DNA of 64,000 nt from the human T2T-CHM13v2.0 reference genome, Homo sapiens. The stretch is taken from NCBI RefSeq assembly GCF_009914755.1, contig NC_060948.1. One strand, given 5' to 3'. Shown here in pieces: positions 18,187 to 37,537 of the stretch. The notes under the pieces were generated by a model. The model saw only the letters and a list, made by a program, of their open reading frames with translations, was not told the DNA's origin and searched no databases. Numbering within the stretch: position 1 is the first letter of the stretch; every line of letters begins with the position of its first letter. The translations under genes and the position numbers were made by a program.

Positions 18187-20314
18187 AGATCCATATTTTT
18201 TAAAAGAAAAAAAATTTCAAAGGTACTCTGCTTGGTACAATAATCAAATGTATAAACTGAGGAATAAAACATAACCATGAAACCTACTTATAACTGTATA
18301 CGGAAAATACAGAGGATAATTTTTTAAATAACATATTTTGAAAGCCTTAACTAGTAATTTGAAGAGTTGGCATTTGAAAGGCCAGTATGAATATACCTTC
18401 AAAGCAGCAACACAGGTTCCCCATGAGAAAAAGCAAACTCAGGGAAAATAAAACCACAAAGGTTCCATCTCTTCTGACCTTTGAAAGACACAGCACAGAC
18501 AGTGGTCCTTAGGACGAAGAGCAGGAGACCCCTAATTCCGTCACCATGGCGATAGGGCATAAACATTGCTGGGTGAGGGCACAATCCACATTGTGAGGTC
18601 CAACTGCTGCCAGGAAGACAGGAGTGCTTTTACATAGACCGAAAGGTCATTGAAGGCTCAGAGTTTTGTTTCAAGAACTGAATCCCAAGCCCACACGTTA
18701 TTAGGCTGCGCTTCTTAAAACAAGTTATGAGATGGGAAAAAGGGCACCCACAAACATACGTATACATTATGTATATAATAATATACAGTATCATATATAT
18801 AATATATATAACCTATGTATAATATTGTTTTACATCCTGCATCTTATAATATATATATTGTATAAAATATAATAATTGATAATATATAAGTTTTATATTT
18901 ATACAATATGACATATAGTATATATTATAATTTATGACATATATAATATATGTTATATATCATATATAGAATATATTATACGGTTAATATACGTATTAAA
19001 TATAAATTATACTTTATATATATTATATATAATATATCTGTTATATAAAATACCCATTATGCATAATATATATGTTATGTCTATGTTATATATAGTATAA
19101 AACAACATATAATAATATATAATTGTATATATAAAATGCGACATATAATATATATTATATTTTGTGACATATGTAATATATGTTATATATTATATATAAT
19201 ACGTTGTATGTATAATACCTATATTAAATATATATTATATGACTATGTTATTAATTACATGTCACATATGTTATATATTATATATTTTACATAGAATATA
19301 CCGGTTACATACAATATATACTATGTTACCTATAATGTATAATTTATTACATGTAAAATAAAGAATGCAATATATTATGTATAATTTATAATATACAATA
19401 TGTGGAATGTGATATATATAACACATAATATATGATATAAGATATACAGTATATGATATATAACATACAATATATGATACCTAATATATATGGTATACAA
19501 TATATATTTTATGATATGTATTCTATATGTTTTATATTCTGTTATATATAACTATTTGAAATTATATATAACTGTATAATATTTTATGTAAATATGTAAT
19601 ATAATATATATAACCATATAATATATTATATATAACTATATATTATGTTATATATACTTTTATAACATAATTTACATAAAATATCATAATATAATATATA
19701 TTATATTATTTCATATTACATAATATATATTACATATCACCCAATATAATTAACATACACAATATTATAATATAGATTATATTATGTTATATTAAATATC
19801 ATATATATCATGTATCATATATTCTATAATATATATTATACATTATATAATATGTATGTTGTCTATTATGTGATATATATAACTATATATATAATTATAT
19901 TATTATACATATAACTAGATAAACATGTAATTCGACATATTTTCATTTATAATATATAGAATTATATAATCATATATAATTATTTATATTCTATAAAAAA
20001 TTATATCATTATATAAATTATAATATATAAAAATTATAACATGTACTACAAATATATATATTATATATCATATATGATATAGCACCTTTGTTATATATCA
20101 TAATACATACAAATGTGTATTATGTTATCTATAATTGTAAAATTTCATATATAAGATGTATAATGTGTATTATATATTATATATGTTATGTAATATATGT
20201 AGTATATATAAGATGACACAGGATAAATATTATATACTATGACATATAAAATATATGAGGTTATATGTTACGTATAAGGCATAGCACATAACACGTAATA
20301 TATATCATATATAA

Positions 20315-20606
<292 letters not shown>

Positions 20607-22734
20607 AGATCCATATTTTTTAAAAGAAAAAAAATTTCAAAGGTACTCTGCTTGGTACAATAATCAAATGTATAAACTGAGGAATAAAACATAACCATGA
20701 AACCTACTTATAACTGTATACGGAAAATACAGAGGATAATTTTTTAAATAACATATTTTGAAAGCCTTAACTAGTAATTTGAAGAGTTGGCATTTGAAAG
20801 GCCAGTATGAATATACCTTCAAAGCAGCAACACAGGTTCCCCATGAGAAAAAGCAAACTCAGGGAAAATAAAACCACAAAGGTTCCATCTCTTCTGACCT
20901 TTGAAAGACACAGCACAGACAGTGGTCCTTAGGACGAAGAGCAGGAGACCCCTAATTCCGTCACCATGGCGATAGGGCATAAACATTGCTGGGTGAGGGC
21001 ACAATCCACATTGTGAGGTCCAACTGCTGCCAGGAAGACAGGAGTGCTTTTACATAGACCGAAAGGTCATTGAAGGCTCAGAGTTTTGTTTCAAGAACTG
21101 AATCCCAAGCCCACACGTTATTAGGCTGCGCTTCTTAAAACAAGTTATGAGATGGGAAAAAGGGCACCCACAAACATACGTATACATTATGTATATAATA
21201 ATATACAGTATCATATATATAATATATATAACCTATGTATAATATTGTTTTACATCCTGCATCTTATAATATATATATTGTATAAAATATAATAATTGAT
21301 AATATATAAGTTTTATATTTATACAATATGACATATAGTATATATTATAATTTATGACATATATAATATATGTTATATATCATATATAGAATATATTATA
21401 CGGTTAATATACGTATTAAATATAAATTATACTTTATATATATTATATATAATATATCTGTTAAATAAAATACCCATTATGCATAATATATATGTTATGT
21501 CTATGTTATATATAGTATAAAACAACATATAATAATATATAATTGTATATATAAAATGCGACATATAATATATATTATATTTTGTGACATATGTAATATA
21601 TATTATATATTATATATAATACGTTGTATGTATAATACCTATATTAAATATATATTATATGACTATGTTATTAATTACATGTCACATATGTTATATATTA
21701 TATATTTTACATAGAATATACCGGTTACATACAATATATACTATGTTACCTATAATGTATAATTTATTACATGTAAAATAAAGAATGCAATATATTATGT
21801 ATAATTTATAATATACAATATGTGGAATGTGATATATATAACATATAATGTATGATATAAGATATACAGTATATGATATATAACATACAATATATGATAC
21901 CTAATATATATGGTATACAATATATATTTTATGATATGTATTCTATATGTTTTATATTCTGTTATATATAACTATTTGAAATTATATATAACTGTATAAT
22001 ATTTTATGTAAATATGTAATATAATATATATAACCATATAATATATTATATATAACTATATATTATGTTATATATACTTTTATAACATAATTTACATAAA
22101 ATATCATAATATAATATATATTATATTATTTCATATTACATAATATATATTACATATCACCCAATATAATTAACATACATAATATTATAATATAGATTAT
22201 ATTATGTTATATTAAATATCATATATATCATGTATCATATATTCTATAATATATATTATACATTATATAATATGTATGTTGTCTATTATGTAATATATAT
22301 AACTATATATATAATTATATTATTATACATATAACTAGATAAACATGTAATTCTACATATTTTCATTTATAATATATAGAATTATATAATCATATATAAT
22401 TATTTATATTCTATAAAAAATTATATCATTATATAAATTATAATATATAAAAATTATAACATGTACTACAAATATATATATTATATATCATATATGATAT
22501 AGCACCTTTGTTGTATATCATAATACATATAAATGTGTATTATGTTATCTATAATTATAAAATTTCATATATAAGATGTATAATGTGTATTATATATTAT
22601 ATATGTTATGTAATATATGTAGTATATATAAGATGACACAGGATAAATATTATATACTATGACATATAAAATATATGAGGTTATATGTTACATATAAAGC
22701 ATAGCACATAACACGTAATATATATCATATATAA

Positions 22735-23025
22735 TTTTTTTTAGACAGAGTCTTGTCCTGTTGCACAGGGTGGAGTAAAATGACGCCATGTTTGCTCACT
22801 GCAACATCTGCATCACGGGTCCAAGCGATTGTCCTCCCTCAGCCTCCCAGGTAGCTGGGACTACACCACACTGGGTCTACACCAGCTGCCACCATACCTA
22901 GCTAATTTTTTGGGATTTTATTAATGACAGCGTTTCACTGTATTGGCCAGGATGGTCTTGATCTCTTCACCTTGTGATCCCCTTGCCTTGGCCTCCAAAT
23001 TTGCTGGGATTACAGGCCTGAGCCA
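22735..23025 (-). mobile_element. Alu (unit 10)
   Basis: T8 tail and private substitutions (gagtaaaatg, ccatgttt, gcatcacg, gggtctac, ttaatgac). Confidence 0.93.
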
Positions 23026-25129
23026 AGATCCATATTTTTTAAAAGAAAAAAAATTTCAAAGGTACTCTGCTTGGTACAATAATCAAATGTATAAACTGAG
23101 GAATAAAACATAACCATGAAACCTACTTATAACTGTATACGGAAAATACAGAGGATAATTTTTTAAATAACATATTTTGAAAGCCTTAACTAGTAATTTG
23201 AAGAGTTGGCATTTGAAAGGCCAGTATGAATATACCTTCAAAGCAGCAACACAGGTTCCCCATGAGAAAAAGCAAACTCAGGGAAAATAAAACCACAAAG
23301 GTTCCATCTCTTCTGACCTTTGAAAGACACAGCACAGACAGTGGTCCTTAGGACGAAGAGCAGGAGACCCCTAATTCCGTCACCATGGCGATAGGGCATA
23401 AACATTGCTGGGTGAGGGCACAATCCACATTGTGAGGTCCAACTGCTGCCAGGAAGACAGGAGTGCTTTTACATAGACCGAAAGGTCATTGAAGGCTCAG
23501 AGTTTTGTTTCAAGAACTGAATCCCAAGCCCACACGTTATTAGGCTGCGCTTCTTAAAACAAGTTATGAGATGGGAAAAAGGGCACCCACAAACATACGT
23601 ATACATTATGTATATAATAATATACAGTATCATATATATAATATATATAACCTATGTATAATATTGTTTTACATCCTGCATCTTATGTTATATATATTGT
23701 ATAAAATATAATAATTCATAATATATAAGTTTTATAATTATACAATATGACATATAGTATATATTATAATTTATGACATATATAATATATGTTATATATC
23801 ATATATAGAATATATTATACGGTTAATATACGTATTAAATATAAATTATACATTATATATATTATATATAATATATCTGTTATATATAATACCCATTATG
23901 CATAATATATATGTTATGTCTATGTTATATATAGTATAAAACAACATATAATAATATATAATTGTACATATAAAATGTGACATATAATATATATTATATT
24001 TTATAACATATGTAATATATATTATATATTATATATAATACGTTGTATGTATAATACCTATATTAAATATATATTATATGACTATGTTATTAATTACATG
24101 TCACATGTGTTATATATTATATATTTTACATAGAATATACCGGTTACATACAATATATACTATGTTTCCTATAATGTATAATTTATTACATGTAAAATAA
24201 AGAATGCAATATATTATGTAAAATTTATAACATACAATATGTGGAATGTGATATATATAACATATAATATATGATATATGATATACAGTATATCATATAT
24301 AATATAAAATATATGATTCCTAATATATATGGTATACAATATATATTTATGATATGTATTCTATATGTTTTATATTCTGTTATATATAACTATTTGAAAT
24401 TACATATAACTGTATAATATTTTATGTAAATATGTAATATAATATATATAACTATATAATATATTATATATAACTATATATTATGTTATATATACTTTTA
24501 TAACATAATTTACATAAAATATCATAATATAATATATATTATATTATTTCATATTACATAATATATATTACATATCACCCAATATAACTAACATACATAA
24601 TATTATAATATAGATTATATTATGTTATATTAAATATCATATATATCATGTATCATATATTCTATAATATATATTACACATTATATAATATGTATGTTGT
24701 CTATTATGTGATATATATAACTATATATATAATTATATATTTATACATATAACTAGATAAACATGTAATTCTACATATTTTCATTTATAATATGTAGAAT
24801 TATATAATCATATATAATTATTTATATTCTATAAAAAATTTTATCATTATATAAATTATAATATATAAAAATTATAATATGTACTACAAATATATATATT
24901 ATATATCATATATTATATAGTACCTTTGTTATATATCATAATACATATAAATGTGTATTATGTTATCTATAATTATATAATTTCATATATAAGATGTATA
25001 ATATGTATCATATATTATATATGTTATGTAATATATACAGTATATATAAGATGACACAGGATAAATATTATATACTATGACATATAAAATATATGAGGTT
25101 ATATGTTACATATAAGGCATAGCACATAA

Positions 25130-25444
<315 letters not shown>

Positions 25445-27572
25445 AGATCCATATTTTTTAAATGAAAAAAAATTTCAAAGGTACTCTGCTTGGTACAATA
25501 ATCAAATGTATAAACTGAGGAATAAAACATAACCATGAAACCTACTTATAACTGCATATGGAAAATACAGAGGATAATTTTTTAAATAACATATTTTGAA
25601 AGCCTTAACTAGTAATTTGAAGAGTTGGCATTTGAAAGGCCAGTATGAATATACCTTCAAAGCAGCAACACAGGTTCCCCATGAGAATAAGCAAACACAG
25701 GGGAAATAAAAACACAAAGGTTCAATCTCTTCTGACCTTTGAAAGACACAGCACAGACAGTGGTCCTTAGGACGAAGAGCAGGAGACCCCTAATTCCGTC
25801 ACCATGGCGATAGGGCATAAACATTGCTGGGTGAGGGCACAATCCACATTGTGAGGTCCAACTGCTGCCAGGAATACAGGAGTGCTTTTACATAGACCGA
25901 AAGGTCATTGAAGGCTCAGAGTTTTGTTTCAAGAACTGAATCCCAAGCCCACACGTTATTAGGCTGCGCTTCTTAAAACAAGTTATGAGATGGGAAAAAG
26001 GGCACCCACAAACATACGTATACATTATGTATATAATAATATACAGTATCATATATATAATATATATAACCTATGTATAATATTGTTTTACATCCTGCAT
26101 CTTATGTTATATATATTGTATAAAATATAATAATTGATAATATATAAGTTTTATAATTATACAATAAGACATACAGTATATATTATAATTTATGACATTT
26201 ATAGTATATGTTATATATCATATATAGAATATATTATACGGTTAATATACGTATTAAATATAAATTATACATTATATATATTATATATAATATATCTGTT
26301 ATATATAATACCCATTATGCATAATATATATATTATGTCTATGTTATATATAGTATAAAACAACATATAATAATATATAATTGTATATATAAAATGCCAC
26401 ATATAATATATATTATATTTTCTAACATATGTAATATATATTATATATTATATATAATACGTTGTATGTATAATACCTATATTAAATATATGTTATATGA
26501 CTATGTTATTAATTACATGTCACATGTGTTATATATTATATATTTTACATAGAATATACCGGTTACATACAATATATACTATGTTACGTATAATGTATAA
26601 TTTATTACATGTAAAATAAAGAATGCAATATATTATGTATAATTTATAATATACAATATGTGGAATGTGATATATATAACATATAATATATGATATATGA
26701 TATACAGTATATGATATATAACATACAATATATGATTCCTAATATATATGGTATACAATATATATTTTATGATATGTATTCTATATGTTTTATATTCTGT
26801 TATATATAACTATTTGAAATTATATATAACTGTATAATATTTTATGTAAATATGTAATATAATATATATAACTATATAATATATTATATATAACTATATA
26901 TTATGTTATATATTCTTTTATAACATAATTTACATAAAATATCATAATATAATATATATTATATTATTTCATATTACATAATATATATTACATATCACCC
27001 AATATAACTATCATACATAATATTATAATATAGATTATATTATGTTATGTTAAATATCATATATATCATGTATCATATATTCTATAATATATATTACACA
27101 TTATATAATATGTATGTTGTCTATTATGTGATATATATAACTCTATATATAATTATATTTTTATACATATAACTAGATAAACATGTAATTCTACATATTT
27201 TCATTTATAATATGTAGAATTATATAATCATATATAATTATTTATATTCTATAAAAAATTTTATCATTATATAAATTATAATATATAAAAATTATAATAT
27301 GTACTACAAATATATATACTATATATCATATATGATATAGTACCTTGGTTATATATCATAATACATATAAATGTGTATTATGTTATCTATAATTATATAA
27401 TTTCATATATAAGATGTATAATATGTATCATATATTATATATGTTATGTAATATATATAGAATATATAAGATGACACAGGATAAATATTATATACTATGA
27501 CATATAAAATATATGAGGTTATATGTTACATATAAGGCATAGCACATAACATGTAATATATATCATATATAA

Positions 27573-27864
27573 TTTTTTTTTAGGCAGAATCTTGTCCTGT
27601 TGCACAGGGTGGGGTACAATGGCGCCATCTTTGCTCACTGCAACTTCTGCCTCACGGGTCCAAGCGATTGTCCTCCCTCAGCCTCCCAGGTAGCTGGGAC
27701 TACACCACACTGGGACTACACCAGCTGCCACCATGCCTAGCTAATTTTTTGGATTTTTAGTAGTGACAGCCTTTCACTGTATTGGCCAGGATGGTCTTGA
27801 TCTCTTCACCTTGTGATCCCCTTGCCTTGGCCTCCAAATTTGCTGGGATTACAGGCCTGAGCCA
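27573..27864 (-). mobile_element. Alu (unit 12, diverged type)
   Basis: As unit 11. Confidence 0.93.
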
Positions 27865-29985
27865 AGATCCATATTTTTTAAATGAAAAAAAATTTCAAAG
27901 GTACTCTGCTTGGTACAATAATCAAATGCATAAACTCAGGAATAAAACATAACCATGAAACCTACTTATAACTGCATATGGAAAATACAGAGGATAATTT
28001 TTTAAATAACATATTTTGAAAGCCTTAACTAGTAATTTGAAGAGTTGGCATTTGAAAGGCCAGTATGAATATACCTTCAAAGCAGCAACACAGGTTCCCC
28101 ATGAGAAAAAGCAAACACAGGGAAAATAAAACCACAAAGGTTCAATCTCTTCTGACCTTTGAAAGACACAGCACAGACAGTGGTCCTTAGGACGAAGAGC
28201 AGGAGACCCCTAATTCCGTCACCATGGCGATAGGGCATAAACATTGCTGGGTGAGGGCACAATCCACATTGTGAGGTCCAACTGCTGCCAGGAAGACAGG
28301 AGTGCTTTTACATAGACCGAAAGGTCATTGAAGGCTCAGAGTTTTGTTTCAAGAACTGAATCCCAAGCCCACACGTTATTAGGCTGCGCTTCTTAAAACA
28401 AGTTATGAGATGGGAAAAAGGGCACCCACAAACATACGTATACATTATGTATATAATAATATACAGTATCATATATATAATATATATAACCTATGTATAA
28501 TATTGTTTTACATCCTGCATCTTATGTTATATATATTGTATAAAATATAATAATTGATAATATATAAGTTTTATAATTATACAATACGACATATAGTATA
28601 TATTATAATTTATGACATATATAATATATGTTATATATCATATATAGAATATATTATACGGTTAATATACGTATTAAATATAAATTATACATTATATATA
28701 TTATATATAATATATCTGTTATATATAATACCCATTATGCATAATATATATATTATGTCTATGTTATATATAGTATAAAACAACATATAATAATATATAA
28801 TTGTATATATAAAATGCGACATATAATATATATTATATTTTATAACATATGTAATATATATTATATATAATACGTTGTATGTATAATACCTATATTAAAT
28901 ATATATTATATGACTATGTTATTAATTACATGTCACATGTGTTATATATTATATATTTTACATAGAATATACCGGTTATATACAATATATACTATGTTAC
29001 CTATAATGTATAATTTATTACATGTAAAATAAAGAATGCAATATATTATGTATAATTTATAATATACAATATGTGGAATGTGATATATATTACATATAAT
29101 ATATGATATATGATATACAGTATATGATATATAACATACAATATATGATACCTAGTATATATGGTATACAATATATATTTTATGATATGTATTCTATATG
29201 TTATATATTCTGTTATATATAACTGTTTGAAATTATATATAACTGTATAATATTTTATGTAAATATGTAATATAATATATATAACTATATAATATATTAT
29301 ATATAACTATATATTATGTTATATATACTTTTATATCATAATTTACATAAAATGTCATAATATAATATATAATATATTATTTCATATTACATAATATATA
29401 TTACATATCACCCAATATAAGTAACATACATAATATTATAATATAGATTATATTATGTTATGTTAAATATCATATATATCATGTATCATATATTCTATAA
29501 TATATATTATATATTATATAATATGTATGTTGTCTATTATGTGATATATATAAGTATATATAATTATATTATTATACATATAACTAGATAAACATGTAAT
29601 TCTACATATTTTCATTTATAATATATAGAATTATATAATCATATATAATTATTTATATTCTATAAAAAATTATATCATTATATAAATTATAATATATAAA
29701 AATTATAATATGTACTACAAATATATATATATTATATATCATATATGATATAGTACCTTTGTTATATATCATAATACATATAAATGTGTATTATGTTATC
29801 TATAATTATATAATTTCATATATAAGATGTATAATATGTATCATATATTATATATGTTATGTAATATATATAGTATATATAAGCTGACACAGGATAAATA
29901 TTATATACTATGACATATAAAATATATGAGGTTATATGTTACATAGAAGGCATAGCACATAACATGTAATATATATCATATATAA

Positions 29986-30277
29986 TTTTTTTTTAGACAG
30001 AGTCTTGTCCTGTTGCACAGGGTGGAGTACAAAGGCGCCATCATTGCTCACTGCAACATCTGCCTCACGGGTGCAAGCGATTGACCTCCCTCAGCCTCCC
30101 AGGTAGCTGGGACTACACCACACTGGGACTACACCAGCTGCCACCATGCCTAGCTAATTTTTTGGATTTTTAGTAGTGACAGCGTTTCACTGTATTGGCC
30201 AGGATGGTCTTGATCTCTTCACCTTGTGATCCCCTTGCCTTGGCCTCCAAATTTGCTGGGATTACAGGCCTGAGCCA
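29986..30277 (-). mobile_element. Alu (unit 13, diverged type)
   Basis: aaaggcgccatcatt and ggtgcaag alleles. Confidence 0.93.
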
Positions 30278-32382
30278 AGATCCATATTTTTTAAATGAAA
30301 AAAAATTTCAAAGGTACTCTGCTTGGTACAATAATCAAATGTATAAACTGAGGAATAAAACATAACCATGAAACCTACTTATAACTGCATATGGAAAATA
30401 CAGAGGATAATTTTTTAAATAACATATTTTGAAAGCCTTAACTAGTAATTTGAAGAGTTGGCATTTGAAAGGCCAGTATGAATATACCTTCAAAGCAGCA
30501 ACACAGGTTCCCCATGAGAAAAAGCAAAGACAGGGAAAATAAAACCACAAACGTTCAATCTCTTCTGACCTTTGAAAGACACAGCACAGACAGTGGTCCT
30601 TAGGACGAAGAGCAGGAGACCCCTAATTCCGTCACCATGGCGATAGGGCATAAACATTGCTGGGTGAGGGCACAATCCACATTGTGAGGTCCAACTGCTG
30701 CCAGGAAGACAGGAGTGCTTTTACATAGACCGAAAGGTCATTGAAGGCTCAGAGTTTTGTTTCAAGAACTGAATCCCAAGCCCACACGTTATTAGGCTGC
30801 GCTTCCTAAAACAAGTTATGAGATGGGAAAAAGGGCACCCACAAACATACGTATACATTATGTATATAATAATATACAGTATCATATATATAATATATAT
30901 AACCTATGTATAATATTGTTTTACATCCTGCATCTTATATTATATATATTGTATAAAATATAATAATTGATAACATATAAGTTTTATATTTATACAAAAT
31001 GACATATAGTATATATTATAATTTATGACATATATAATATGTGTTATATAACATATATAGAATATATTATACGGTTAATATACGTATTAAATATAAATTA
31101 TACATTATATATATTATATATAATATATCTGTTATATATAATACCCATTATGAATAATATATATATTATGTGTATGTTATATATAGTATAAAACAACACA
31201 TAATAATATATAATTGTATATATAAAATGCGACATATAATATATATTATATTTTATGACATATGTAGTATATATTATATATTATATATAATACCTTGTAT
31301 GTATAATACCTATATTAAATATATATTATATGACTATGTAATTAATTACATGTCACATATGATATATATTATATATTTTACATAGAATATACCGGTTACA
31401 TACAATATATACTATGTTACCTATAATGTATAATTTATTACATGTAAAATAAAGAATGCAATATATTATGTAAAATTTATAATATAAAATATGTGGAATG
31501 TGATATATATAACACATAATATATGATATATGATATACAGAATATGATATATAACATACAATATATGATACCTAATATATATGGTATACATTATATATTT
31601 TATGATATGTATTCTATATGTTTTATATTCTGTTATATATAACTATTTGAAATTATATATAACTGTATAATATTTTATGTAAATATGTAATATAATATAT
31701 ATAACTATATAATATATTATATATAACTATATATTATGTTATATATACTTTTATAACATAATTTACATAAAATATCATAATATAATATATATTATATTAT
31801 TTCATATTACATAATATATATTACATATCACCCAATATAAGTAACATACATAATATTAAATTATATATTATATTACGTTATATTAAATATCATATATATC
31901 ATGTATCATATAGTATATAATATATATTCTACATTATATAATATGTATGTTGTCTATTACGTGATATCTATAACTGTATATATAATTACATTATTATACA
32001 TATAACTAGATAAACATGTAATTCTACATATTTTCATTTATAATATATAGAATTATATAATCATATATAATTATTTATATTCTATAAAAAATTATATCAT
32101 TATATAAATTATAATATATAAAAATTATAACATGTACTACAAATATATATATTATATATCATATATGATATAGTACCTTTGTTATATATCATAATACATA
32201 TAAATGTGTATTATGTTATCTATAATTATATAATTTCATATATAAGATGTATAATATGTATTATATATTATATATGTTATGTAATATATATAGTATATAT
32301 AAGATGACACAGGATAAATATTATATACTATGACATATAAAATATATGAGGTTATATGTTACATATAAGGCATAGCACATAA

Positions 32383-32697
<315 letters not shown>

Positions 32698-34825
32698 AGA
32701 TCCATATTTTTTAAAAGAAAAAAAATTTCAAAGGTACTCTGCTTGGTACAATAATCAAATGTATAAACTGAGGAATAAAACATAACCATGAAACCTACTT
32801 ATAACTGTATACGGAAAATACAGAGGATAATTTTTTAAATAACATATTTTGAAAGCCTTAACTAGTAATTTGAAGAGTTGGCATTTGAAAGGCCAGTATG
32901 AATATACCTTCAAAGCAGCAACACAGGTTCCCCATGAGAAAAAGCAAATTCAGGGAAAATAAAACCACAAAGGTTCAATCTCTTCTGACCTTTGAAAGAC
33001 ACAGCACAGACAGTGGTCCTTAGGACGAAGAGCAGGAGACCCCTAATTCCGTCACCATGGTGATAGGGCATAAACATTGCTGGGTGAGGGCACAATCCAC
33101 ATTGTGAGGTCCAACTGCTGCCAGGAAGACAGGAGTGCTTTTACATAGACCGAAAGGTCATTGAAGGCTCAGAGTTTTGTTTCAAGAACTGAATCCCAAG
33201 CCCACACGTTATTAGGCTGCGCTTCTTAAAACAAGTTATGAGATGGGAAAAAGGGCACCCACAAACATATGTATACATTATGTATATAATAATATACAGT
33301 ATCATATATAAAATATGTATAACCTATGTATAATATTGTTATACATCCTGCATCTTATATTATATATATTGTATAAAATATAATAATTGATAATATATAA
33401 GTTTTATATTTATACAATATGACATATAGTATATATTATAATTTATGACATATATAATATATGTTATATATCATATATAGAATGTATTATACGGTTAATA
33501 TACGTATTAAATATAAATTATACATTATATATATTATATATAATATATCTGTTATATATAATACCCATTATGCATAATATATATGTTATGTCTATGTTAT
33601 ATATAGTATAAAACAACATATAATAATATATAATTGTATATATAAAATGCGACATATAATATATATTATATTTTGTGATATATGTAATATATATTATATA
33701 TTATATATAATACCTTGTATGTATAATACCTATATTAAATATATATTATATGACTATGTTATTAATTACATGTCACATATGTTATATATTATATATTTTA
33801 CATAGAATATACCGGTTACATACAATATATACTGTTACCTATAATGTATAATTGATTACATGTAAAATAAAGAATGCAATATATTGTGTACAATTTATAA
33901 TATACAATATGTAGAATGTGATATATATAACATATAATGTATGATATAAGATATACAGTATATGATATATAACATACAATATATGATACCTAATATATAT
34001 GGTATACAATATATATTTTATGATATGTATTCTATATGTTTTATATTCTGTTATATATAACTATTTGAAATTATATATAACTGTATAATATTTTATGTAA
34101 ATATGTAATATAATATATATAACCATATAATATATTATATATAACTATATATTATGTTATATATACTTTTATAACATAATTTACATAAAATATCATAATA
34201 TAATATATATTATATTATTTCATATTACATAATATATATTACATATCACCCAATATAATTAACATACATAATATTATAATGTAGATTATATTATGTTATA
34301 TTAAATATCATATATATCATGTATCATATATTCTATAATATATATTATACATTATATAATATGTATGTTGTCTATTATGTGATATATATAACTATATATA
34401 TATAATTATATTATTATACATATAACTAGATAAACATGTAATTCGACATATTTTCATTTATAATATATAGAATTATATAATCATATATAATTATTTATAT
34501 TCTATAAAAAATTATATCATTATATAAATTATAATATATAAAAATTATAACATGTACTACAAATATATATATTATATATCATATATGATATAGCACCTTT
34601 GTTATATATCATAATACATACAAATGTGTATTATGTTATCTATAATTTTAAAATTTCATATATAAGATGTATAATATGTATTATATATTATATATGTTAT
34701 GTAATATATATAGTATATATAAGATGACACAGGATAAATATTATATACTATGACATATAAAATATATGAGGTTATATGTTACGTATAAGGCATAGCACAT
34801 AACACGTAATATATATCATATATAA

Positions 34826-35117
<292 letters not shown>

Positions 35118-37245
35118 AGATCCATATTTTTTAAAAGAAAAAAAATTTCAAAGGTACTCTGCTTGGTACAATAATCAAATGTATAAACTGAGGAATAAAA
35201 CATAACCATGAAACCTACTTATAACTGTATACGGAAAATACAGAGGATAATTTTTTAAATAACATATTTTGAAAGCCTTAACTAGTAATTTGAAGAGTTG
35301 GCATTTGAAAGGCCAGTTTGAATATACCTTCAAAGCATCAACACAGGTTCCCCATGAGAAAAAGCAAACTCAGGGAAAATAAAACCACAAAGGTTCAATC
35401 TCTTCTGACCTTTGAAAGACACAGCACAGACAGTGGTCCTTAGGACGAAGAGCAGGAGACCCCTAATTCCGTCACCATGGCGATAGGGCATAAACATTGC
35501 TGGGTGAGGGCACAATCCACATTGTGAGGTCCAACTGCTGCCAGGAAGACAGGAGTGCTTTTACATAGACCGAAAGGTCATTGAAGGCTCAGAGTTTTGT
35601 TTCAAGAACTGAATCCCAAGCCCACACGTTATTAGGCTGCGCTTCTTAAAACAAGTTATGAGATGGGAAAAAGGGCACCCACAAACATTCGTATACATTA
35701 TTTATATAATAATATACAGTATCATATATATAATATATATAACCTATGTATAATATTGTTTTACATCCTGCATCTTATAATATATATATTGTATAAAATA
35801 TAATAATTGATAATATATAAGTTTTATATTTATACAATATGACATATAGTATATATTATAATTTATGACATATATAATATATGTTATATATCATATATAG
35901 AATATATTATACGGTTAATATACGTATTAAATATAAATTATACATTGTATATATTATATATTATATATCTGTTATATATAATACCCATTATGCATAATAT
36001 ATATGTTATGTCTATGTTATATATAGTATAAAACAACATATAATAATATATAATTGTATATGTAAAATGCGACATATAATATATATTATATTTTGTGACA
36101 TATGTAATATATATTATATAGTATATATAATACTTTGTATGTATAATACCTATATTAAATATATATTATATGACTATGTTATTAATTACATGTCACATAT
36201 GTTATATATTATATATTTTACATAGAATATACCGGTTACATACAATATATACTATGTTACCTATAATGTATAATTGATTACATGTAAAATAAAGAATGCA
36301 ATATATTGTGTACAATTTATAATATACAATATGTGGAATGTGATATATATAACATATAATGTATGATATAAGATATACAGTATATGATATATAACATACA
36401 ATATATGATACCTAATATATATGGTATACAATTTATATTTTATGATATGTATTCTATATGTTTTATATTCTGTTATATATAACTATTTGAAATTATATAT
36501 AACTGTATAATATTTTATGTAAATATGTAATATAATATTTATAACCATATAATATATTATATATAACTATATATTATGTTATATATACTTTTATAACATA
36601 ATTTACATAAAATATCATAATATAATATATATTATATTATTTCATATTACATAATATATATTACATATCACCCAATATAATTAACATACATAATATTATA
36701 ATATAGATTATATTATGTTATATTAAATATCATATATATCATGTATCATATATTCTATAATATATATTATACATTATATAATATGTATGTTGTCTATTAT
36801 GTGATTTATATAACTATATATATAATTATATTATTATACATATAACTAGATAAACATGTAATTCGACATATTTTCATTTATAATATATAGAATTATATAA
36901 TCATATATAATTATTTATATTCTATAAAAAATTATATCATTATAAAAATTATAATATATAAAAATTATAACATGTACTACAAATATATATATTATATATC
37001 ATATATGATATAGCACCTTTGTTATATATCATAATACATACAAATGTGTATTATGTTATCTATAATTGTAAAATTTCATATATAAGATGTATAATGTGTA
37101 TTATATATTATATATGTTATGTAATATATGTAGTATATATAAGATGACACAGGATAAATATTATATACTATGACATATAAAATATATGAGGTTATATGTT
37201 ACGTATAAGGCATAGCACATAACACGTAATATATATCATATATAA

Positions 37246-37537
<292 letters not shown>

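Noticed and set aside
25502-31385. 71-74-aa ORFs in diverged units (also 37595 and 59373-62649)
   Set aside because: Low-complexity I/Y/N-rich or chance frames, opened by single substitutions in satellite DNA.
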